A DNA stretch of 64,000 nucleotides, from the NCBI GenBank assembly GCA_963662285.2, contig CAXXMV010000006.1, positions 1,152,001 to 1,216,000 on the forward strand, in the 5' to 3' direction. Positions 28,899 through 36,562 of this stretch are shown here, in pieces. The notes under the pieces were generated by a model. That model saw only the letters and a program-made list of their open reading frames with translations. It was not told the origin of the DNA and did not search any database. Position 1 is the first letter of the stretch. Each line of letters opens with the position of its first letter. Source of the stretch: a bacterium (GTDB lineage Bacteria > Hinthialibacterota > Hinthialibacteria > Hinthialibacterales > Hinthialibacteraceae). A program made the translations under genes and the position numbers.

Positions 28899-31800
28899 TT
28901 ATTCCACCGTGATCGTTTTAGGTAATGATGAAGAGCGGATTTTTGCGTCGTACATGCATTCGGCCTGGATTGGTGGATATTGATAGCGTCCCTTGGTTAC
29001 GGCTCGCACCAGGTAGTAGAAATGATGGGTTCCCCGGTGTAATTGGTTGAACGCCAGAACTACACGGTCGTCACGGATTTCCATATGAGACGGCAACACT
29101 GCTTCTTTTAGGCTGCCGGATGGAACCGCGTTTGGATCAAGCCGGGGATTTTCGATTTCCAAGCCGGCTGGTAATAAGTCGGATACCAGAACATAATCTA
29201 AGGTATTGGGACAATCGATCTGGATATCGACTACATATAATTCACCCTGATCGAAGTGCGAGCCTTCGAACTCTTCATTGCCTAACATTAACTGACGTTT
29301 AACGCGGATTCCTTCATTAACCTCTTCAGGCGTAGCGTCTTGAGGGATGCCATGCGATGTCAGACTGACGTACATCGGGGTGGAACCTGTGTTGGTTACT
29401 TTGCCTTGGATTAAAACACCCTCTTCTTTGGCTGAGAATATCTCCGTTCCCTCGATTGATTCATTGGTTGATTCAAATTGAATATTCGCTGAAGCCTTAG
29501 TGATGCCTTGGGCCATGTCGGATAGATATCCACTCAGGGCGGTGACGATAAAGGCGGTCTCCTGGGTGTTGCCATAGCGGTGTTGTTCGAGGAAGGAGAT
29601 CAGTTTTTCCGCCAGTAATGCGATTTTTTCCGGTTCTCCACCCATCTGTTGTAGGGCCATTAACTCCACTGCATCATTACGGATTTCTGATCCGAAAACA
29701 GCGCTGTTATAAGGCGAATCGAATTGTTTGGTTGGCGTCTTGCTCAGGTAGAATTTGATGCGTTCCTGATCGTTGGTATTCATGGCTAACGCCGCCGCCA
29801 GCAGATAGCGAACCGTAGTGGGCAGGGCGATGGCGTCAAAGCGCTGGATTTGTTCCAATGCTTCAGAATCGCCGCCCAGCGCCAGAACATACAGGGCGTA
29901 GGCGCGGATATACATATCGTGATCTGAACGCTTGTTCCACTCCTGGCTGATGGAGCGCACGTACTTTTTCAAGGCGTCATAATTGGCTTCGGGGATTTTA
30001 TATTCCCGGTCATTTTTGATTAACGTCAAAAAATGAAATGCATAAATTGAGCCGTATACATGAGGTCTGGTATCTCCACTCCAGTAGCCTAATCCTCCCG
30101 ACGAGGTTTGCATGGAGAGCAGGCGTTCGATTCCGATACGGATGTACTCATCTATCCGGCTGTCTTCCAGCGAGGCTTTGAGCAGCGTCTGGTTCTTGCG
30201 CAGCAGGAACATGGGCAGCAGCCTGGATGTGGTTTGTTCCACGCATCCGTGGGGATAGCCCACCAGGAAGGCTAATGCGTCTTTAAGTCGCAGCAGCGAA
30301 TTGGCGCTGACCATTATCTCCATTTTATTGCGTGGATCGGCGATCATCTCACTGTTATCGAACGAGAATGTTTCTCCCGCCGGAAGAACCTTAAGAGCAT
30401 GTCGGGCTTGAAATGCCAATGGAGGATAGACCGGAATAGGCAGTTGTTCGCTAACCTCTTCGATAGAGTTTCCACTCTCATCAAAGAATTCAGCCTTCCA
30501 GTTTACATATCCCTGTCCGACCAGTTTTTTGGTTATCAGGTTGGCTGAATAGGCTTTTTCGGCATGAGCCGGAATTTCCAACTCAATCGCGCCTTGGGTA
30601 TCCTGCAGGGTTCCAGATGTAGACCAGGTTAATTTGACCAGGCAGTCCTGATCGGTCTGGTTGAATACTACAGCGCTGCTTTGGATTGAATCATTGGGCA
30701 GCAAAAAGCGGGGCAGGCTGGTGCGCAGCATGTAGGGACGCCGCACGAATATATTGTCGCTGATGGAACCTGTGGCGGTGGCGTTTCTAACCACTGCGTC
30801 CATTCTTAATTGACCGGTATATTCGGGGATATCCATTTCGATGGTGACCAGTCCATTCTCGTCGCTGGTTACCATGCCCGACCATACCGCTACCGGTTTA
30901 ATCCAATTCTTCAATGGAGGAGCGGCCACCCGCGAGGCTAACGCCATATCGCCGCCGCCGGGCAGCAGCTTTTCGAAATCATATACCACCCTATCGTAGT
31001 AGTGGTTGTAGCGTAAATCCGGGCGCCGCAAGCGGGCGAAATGAGAGTATGGATCAGGGCTTTGGTAACTGGTCAGACCATGAATCCCTTCATCCACCGC
31101 CGCCAGGGTTAACTCCGTCTTCACTGGTTGCCCGTCATGATCTGTGATGGAAAGCGTGAAACTATGTTTCTGCGCCGGACGGATTTCTTCCGGCAATTCT
31201 GTGAATGCAACATTCAGTTTCCGATTGGGATCATTAACCTTGATGGTCTTGGCGGTAAAACTTGAGAATGGATAGACCTGTGATTTCTTGGAATCCACTT
31301 CATGGATGACCGATGCTTCGATCCAGATATTTGGATAATCCTTCTCTGTGAGTTCAAGGCTGAACTGACCCACATTATCTTTGATGCTAACGGGAATCAT
31401 TTTCTGAATCTCATCGGTTTGTATTACAACCAGACCTTGTCCGTTGAAGGGAGACTCAATGCGGAAGACCGCTTCATCTCCCACGTTATAACTCGATTGG
31501 TCGGCTTGTATCTTAACCAGACTGGGTTGGGAAGATTTTACCGGGAAACATTGTCTACCGTTGCAATAAAAGTGTAATGTGCTGAATTGAGGCGTAGCAT
31601 CGCTGTGAACTCTGATACGGTACTGTCCATAATCTTTAACGTCGAAATAGGTTTGTCCTTTTCCCTCTGTTAAAGGTATCGATACAGTCTTGATAATTTG
31701 ATATTTTTTGGTCCAGTTGGGCGAGTTGTAACTGTAATAACGGCGCACGTAATAATCCCATGTCTCCTTTTCCAGTGTGACCGAGGCGTAACTAATCTGC

Positions 31801-34583
31801 GCAGCAGCCTGATCCGGCTGAATGGCGGCGGCGAACACATCAATACCCCCGGCGCCTTTGTTGGGCGTAGCGGCAATGCCCAGGATAGTCGTACTTGGGA
31901 AAAAGGTTGCGTTGGCTTTGGCGGCGACCGAACGTCCGCCCAGCTCGGATACTTCGCCGATCACTACGGCCTGCATTGGAAATGTGACGTCATTACCGGG
32001 TGTGTAGTTGAAACTGAAATCCGCTCTGCCTTCAGAGTCAGACCAGTTTTCACCCAGGGATACGCTGTTTGGAACATGGGTGGAATCATTATCGAAATGA
32101 AATTCCTTCCACTTTTCGGGCTGATAGGCGCCGCGTTTGAACAGTACTTTGACGCTGCATTTACGTTCTGAGGCGGGGGAACCGAACAGGTGTTTTGCAA
32201 AAACGTTTATGAGGTAGTCTTTTGCTGGAAGCCAGTTATTTTCCACCACTTTAACTTCAGCTTTCATGCGCTGTGGAACGAACTCTTCCAGATTGAAACT
32301 GTATCTTCCAATAGGGCTGTTTGATCCAGGTATAGAAAGTTGGATTTGATATTTTCCAGTCGGGTATTCTTTTTGAGTCTCGATATCCATCGTCCCGCTG
32401 CCCAGCTCGGATAAAGTTATTGGGCGGCTGAACAGGTTTTTGTTGTTTGGCTTAACAACTGTAAGCAACATGGGAACATCGGGAACCGCATCTCCGTAAT
32501 TGGTGCGAACAATCCAGTTGGCGTGAATCGTTTCGCCCGGACGGTAAAGGTCGCGGTCGGCGTAAATAAAGGCGTCATAGGCGTCGCGTTGATATAAGGG
32601 ATGCCAGTTGGGAACTTCGGAAGCGTTAATTGGCCGATCTCTTAACTCCAGAAAAGTAAAATCGGCGCCTTTTTCAATAACAATAGTCGATGGGTATCCT
32701 TTGGGGCTGGACAAATCACTAAGTAGCGCGATTCCCTGACTGTCGGTGATGCCATGAGCCAGAATCTGGTTTTTGTGTGAATAAACTGTGACTTTAGCCT
32801 CTGACAGAGGTTCTAGAGAGAACAGGTCATGAGCGAAGACCGCCAATTGATTATTGGTCCAATGAGTCAGCAAACCGATGTCGGTGTAGAGAATAATTTT
32901 AGTGGTTTGAGTGTAATCTTCACCATTGGCTTGAAGACAGAATACGCCCCGTTTTTGTTCCGGGAATATATTGTCCAAATCAATAGGCGTGGTGATCTCT
33001 GTATAGTCGTTGCCTTGTATAGACATTTTTTTATGGCTGATCTGTTCACACCATAAATTATTGAAATGAGGGCTGCCATCACCATTATTCAAGTCCCTTA
33101 GAGCAGTCGGCATATTGGACGGGAATACGCGATAAAGAGTTAAATCAACTTCTTTAATGTTACGGGTTATGAGAGGGAGATGCATTTTGGTGCGTTGGGG
33201 GAAATAATATTTGCCTTCGATGCCGAAACGGGCTGAGGGTGAGATGCGTTCAGTTTTAACCGACCGGGTAATAGGGTAATCAGTTGTGAAATTTTGATTA
33301 TATTTGATTCCCTGATTGAACGTAATCTGATAGGAAGTATTCTGCTTCCAATCGCCGTAAATATATAGATTGCTATTGCTCCAGGCATAGGCAACTCTTT
33401 GATTGGAAAGCGCAGGAAGGATTTCAACAAATTGATTAAGTTCATCCGGCGTGTTTTCCAGGTTGAAATTGGTACGGATATTTAACGCTAATCCTTCATC
33501 TCCACGATTATAAAAATAATCGCCTTCGATAGTCAGAGGTTGTGGAATATATTCCAGTTTTGTTTCATAATCGCTTTGTAGGATGCGTCCTTTTTCTCCC
33601 GGCATGCCCTGGGGTAAATGCAGGTTGACCTGAAATCTATTTATGTCAGTAGGGGAAAACTGCACATTATGAGCGTCTTGATAATCCCTGGTCAACACCT
33701 CAAATGCAATAGACTCTTTTCCGGGGATAGACGTGATTTTTAAGTTATTTTTCAGTACATCAGAATGCACCTTATCAGAAAAACGAAGAGTACAGATCGG
33801 GCTGTAGCGGTCTCTGTTTCTCCAATACTCACAGCCCCTCACCTGGTAATTATTATCCCAGGAGACTGTTTGACTATATATGTTTTTAAGATCAATTTGC
33901 CGACTGGCATCAAATAAGGGAGGTTTCAGGGAGTAATTGACCGGCCAAGCCAATTGGGCTTGTTGAAAATCAAGTATAAAACTCTGGTTGTTTGGACCCT
34001 CTGAAAGATCATAAGAAAGGATATTACCCTTGGCGTCCTTGATTTGAACGGCTTTTTTTAGATCATCCTGTGAGACGGGGTAGTTAAAGGTGATTGAAAG
34101 TTTTAAGGAATCTTTGGTTTGCTCTTGAATCCAAAGATTAGATTGCAGGAAGGCGGCGGGGAAACTGAAATCACATTGTTGAGGATTAATGGCTTTTCCG
34201 TCTACCGACTTAAGCGTATTTTTTAGAGAGACTTTGAATAATCCGTTAGCTGGTTTCTGGTGGGGCGTAAACATCAAAAAATTCGGCCCGGTTTTAAAGT
34301 TTCCCTCAAGTTTGGGTTCAATCGAGAAAACCGACCAGAACTCATCTGGTTTGATATCAATTTTACGGTCGAAGAAAATGATTATCTTGTCGCCTAGAGT
34401 CTCATCTGGTAGTGGTACGGTTCCGGCGACATTCAGGTAGGCGTCTGACCTGGATTCAATCAGCGAATTAATACCGGCGGCCAGACCAATGGTCGCAATC
34501 AAGACGGAACTTATCAGAATGAAGAATACTAATGGATTAGTAGCAGCGCTAAATCTTCTGGGAATTCTCAATAACCTTTTCAT
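28899..34583 (-). CDS. Bacterial alpha-2-macroglobulin
   Basis: DRDLYRPGE, AAVDEGI, thioester motif YPHGCVEQ, NTQE, DLLPAGLEIEN; paired with pbpC. Confidence 0.95.
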   Translation of the reverse strand: MKRLLRIPRRFSAATNPLVFFILISSVLIATIGLAAGINSLIESRSDAYLNVAGTVPLPDETLGDKIIIFFDRKIDIKPDEFWSVFSIEPKLEGNFKTGPNFLMFTPHQKPANGLFKVSLKNTLKSVDGKAINPQQCDFSFPAAFLQSNLWIQEQTKDSLKLSITFNYPVSQDDLKKAVQIKDAKGNILSYDLSEGPNNQSFILDFQQAQLAWPVNYSLKPPLFDASRQIDLKNIYSQTVSWDNNYQVRGCEYWRNRDRYSPICTLRFSDKVHSDVLKNNLKITSIPGKESIAFEVLTRDYQDAHNVQFSPTDINRFQVNLHLPQGMPGEKGRILQSDYETKLEYIPQPLTIEGDYFYNRGDEGLALNIRTNFNLENTPDELNQFVEILPALSNQRVAYAWSNSNLYIYGDWKQNTSYQITFNQGIKYNQNFTTDYPITRSVKTERISPSARFGIEGKYYFPQRTKMHLPLITRNIKEVDLTLYRVFPSNMPTALRDLNNGDGSPHFNNLWCEQISHKKMSIQGNDYTEITTPIDLDNIFPEQKRGVFCLQANGEDYTQTTKIILYTDIGLLTHWTNNQLAVFAHDLFSLEPLSEAKVTVYSHKNQILAHGITDSQGIALLSDLSSPKGYPSTIVIEKGADFTFLELRDRPINASEVPNWHPLYQRDAYDAFIYADRDLYRPGETIHANWIVRTNYGDAVPDVPMLLTVVKPNNKNLFSRPITLSELGSGTMDIETQKEYPTGKYQIQLSIPGSNSPIGRYSFNLEEFVPQRMKAEVKVVENNWLPAKDYLINVFAKHLFGSPASERKCSVKVLFKRGAYQPEKWKEFHFDNDSTHVPNSVSLGENWSDSEGRADFSFNYTPGNDVTFPMQAVVIGEVSELGGRSVAAKANATFFPSTTILGIAATPNKGAGGIDVFAAAIQPDQAAAQISYASVTLEKETWDYYVRRYYSYNSPNWTKKYQIIKTVSIPLTEGKGQTYFDVKDYGQYRIRVHSDATPQFSTLHFYCNGRQCFPVKSSQPSLVKIQADQSSYNVGDEAVFRIESPFNGQGLVVIQTDEIQKMIPVSIKDNVGQFSLELTEKDYPNIWIEASVIHEVDSKKSQVYPFSSFTAKTIKVNDPNRKLNVAFTELPEEIRPAQKHSFTLSITDHDGQPVKTELTLAAVDEGIHGLTSYQSPDPYSHFARLRRPDLRYNHYYDRVVYDFEKLLPGGGDMALASRVAAPPLKNWIKPVAVWSGMVTSDENGLVTIEMDIPEYTGQLRMDAVVRNATATGSISDNIFVRRPYMLRTSLPRFLLPNDSIQSSAVVFNQTDQDCLVKLTWSTSGTLQDTQGAIELEIPAHAEKAYSANLITKKLVGQGYVNWKAEFFDESGNSIEEVSEQLPIPVYPPLAFQARHALKVLPAGETFSFDNSEMIADPRNKMEIMVSANSLLRLKDALAFLVGYPHGCVEQTTSRLLPMFLLRKNQTLLKASLEDSRIDEYIRIGIERLLSMQTSSGGLGYWSGDTRPHVYGSIYAFHFLTLIKNDREYKIPEANYDALKKYVRSISQEWNKRSDHDMYIRAYALYVLALGGDSEALEQIQRFDAIALPTTVRYLLAAALAMNTNDQERIKFYLSKTPTKQFDSPYNSAVFGSEIRNDAVELMALQQMGGEPEKIALLAEKLISFLEQHRYGNTQETAFIVTALSGYLSDMAQGITKASANIQFESTNESIEGTEIFSAKEEGVLIQGKVTNTGSTPMYVSLTSHGIPQDATPEEVNEGIRVKRQLMLGNEEFEGSHFDQGELYVVDIQIDCPNTLDYVLVSDLLPAGLEIENPRLDPNAVPSGSLKEAVLPSHMEIRDDRVVLAFNQLHRGTHHFYYLVRAVTKGRYQYPPIQAECMYDAKIRSSSLPKTITVE

Positions 34584-34968
34584 GACAGTATCCTTTACCT
34601 TTTATAAATTTAATCGAATTAATATGCTTGTGTATAACCACGTTATGTTTTTAATTTTGTTTGACAACGAACAATAATATTGAGAGGATATCGAATCTCA
34701 AATATCACTTGTTTTGACGCATCATAATCAAAAATCTTCACACGATTTAAATATTACTCGATTTGTGATTTAAACAGAGTTGATAAGGGTGTTTTTAGAG
34801 AAATTCTAACCTTGAAAAGTGGAATACTACGGCATTTCCACTAGTATCAAACCATTACAAAAATGAAGCAATATACTTTTCAGCGCCTTCTTTCGATAGA
34901 TATGACGATTCTCATTTGTTATACTAAATTCAGGATATTGGAGATACGTAAAAATTATTGGAGGAACC

Positions 34969-36516
34969 ATGAAAATTAAGTACTGTGTTTTGATTTTTAT
35001 TGCAATGTTAGTTGTTTTTGCGCCATTTAATGCATCATACGCCCAACCAGTCGAACAGTCTCCAGTCGCCGCCGGGCCGGAAGCGGTTGGCATCGTACCT
35101 CTGACTGGCGACGTCAATCTCTGGGCTGAAAACGGCGGAGGCAGCAACTGGTGGAGACCGGATTGCGACATGCTCAGCAATGGCAACGCTATTGTGTTGG
35201 GCGGCATGCGCAAAGTCCCTTACGCATCGGGCGGTCCCGACGCCGAAAACGCCCGCGATATGATCGCGGTTTTTTCACCCACAGGCGAGTTGCTAGTACC
35301 TGCGCGTACCGCGTTCTTTACCAATGCCGGTGAACCGTGGGAAAACACTATCTGTACGATCCGCAATGATGATAAATTTTACGGTCTCTGCGCTGATACA
35401 GTTGGAGGCCGTTCCGGCGACCGCTATGTTGTCCATACCATCGCCAATCCACACATGTTTCCTGACGCTTTCCCCGGTTACGCCGCAGACTACCGCAACG
35501 ATTACCATACCGCGATTCAGATAATCAACAACGATGGCACTCCAGAAACCAACTTAATCAACATTTACGGCGATTACCTCTCAGAAAACGGTCTCTTGCG
35601 CGGCGGGATGGTTCGTTTCCTGTCCAATGGCAATATTGTTGTCAATTATGAAGACCGCCAAACCAGTAGCCTGAAAGCTGAAGTCTATGGTAGAGAAAGG
35701 CCCGGCCAAATCGTTGGCGCCGTGATTCTCGCCCCGGATGGCAGCATCGTCAAAGACAAGTTCGCGGTTAGCAGCGACAGCCGCAGTAATTCTTCAAACC
35801 GTTTCGGCCTAACTTCCGGCGATGGCTGGTTTGCTGTGCGTTATGATGACGCAATTACCGGCCCCACTATCGTGGCCTATGATAACGATGGCAACGAACT
35901 GGGCGGCGGCGAGGGGCGCATATATACGGCTATTGATATTCCCGAACTGGGCGGCGATGGCGGCAACCGGGGCGACCCCAATGGACTCGAAGCGGTAGGC
36001 GACGTTCTATATATCACCCATCGGGGAATCGACCGGGCGGGCTATCTAACCACCTTTAAGGTAAGCGATGCTGGAGTATCGGTCATTAGAACAGTACGTT
36101 TTTCGGATCAATCTTGGAGCACCTTCGAACATAACGCCGATCTGGGCGTTGATTCGGCGGGCAATGTCATTGTCTTGTGGCAGGATCAGGCATGGGACCG
36201 TTTTCAAACGGGGCGTTGGGAAGCCTTGGCTAGAATGTTTGACGCCAACCTGGAACCTTTGACGCCGTCGTTCTGTATGTTTGAAATCGGCAATAATACT
36301 GATGAGGATGAGATTGATCCTATCTTGGGTCCAGGGCGCACCAAGCAATGCCGCATCGCTATGAACGATGATATTATCATCGCCATCGCTGAAACCAATA
36401 ACGCGCCCTATGGCGACCCGTCATCGATTGCAGACGAATATTTCACCTATACATTCATTGCCAGAATGCTGAAGAATCCAACTCAGACTCCAGTCCTCAA
36501 CTGGGAGGTCTTTTAA
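34969..36516 (+). CDS. Exported protein of unknown function (probable beta-propeller) with C-terminal VLNWEVF tail
   Basis: GGAGG RBS; signal peptide ending ASYA-Q; repeated LSNGN[AI] and DSAGNVIV blade-like segments. Confidence 0.7.
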   Translation: MKIKYCVLIFIAMLVVFAPFNASYAQPVEQSPVAAGPEAVGIVPLTGDVNLWAENGGGSNWWRPDCDMLSNGNAIVLGGMRKVPYASGGPDAENARDMIAVFSPTGELLVPARTAFFTNAGEPWENTICTIRNDDKFYGLCADTVGGRSGDRYVVHTIANPHMFPDAFPGYAADYRNDYHTAIQIINNDGTPETNLINIYGDYLSENGLLRGGMVRFLSNGNIVVNYEDRQTSSLKAEVYGRERPGQIVGAVILAPDGSIVKDKFAVSSDSRSNSSNRFGLTSGDGWFAVRYDDAITGPTIVAYDNDGNELGGGEGRIYTAIDIPELGGDGGNRGDPNGLEAVGDVLYITHRGIDRAGYLTTFKVSDAGVSVIRTVRFSDQSWSTFEHNADLGVDSAGNVIVLWQDQAWDRFQTGRWEALARMFDANLEPLTPSFCMFEIGNNTDEDEIDPILGPGRTKQCRIAMNDDIIIAIAETNNAPYGDPSSIADEYFTYTFIARMLKNPTQTPVLNWEVF

Positions 36517-36562
36517 GACATCACAAGCAAGACGGTATTCTTATTCCTGAAATGGAGAACTC

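Noticed and set aside
29120-34677. Numerous 60-157 aa ORFs overlapping alpha-2-macroglobulin (and similar ones over other long genes)
   Set aside because: Antisense or alternate-frame shadows of well-supported genes, with no recognisable motifs.
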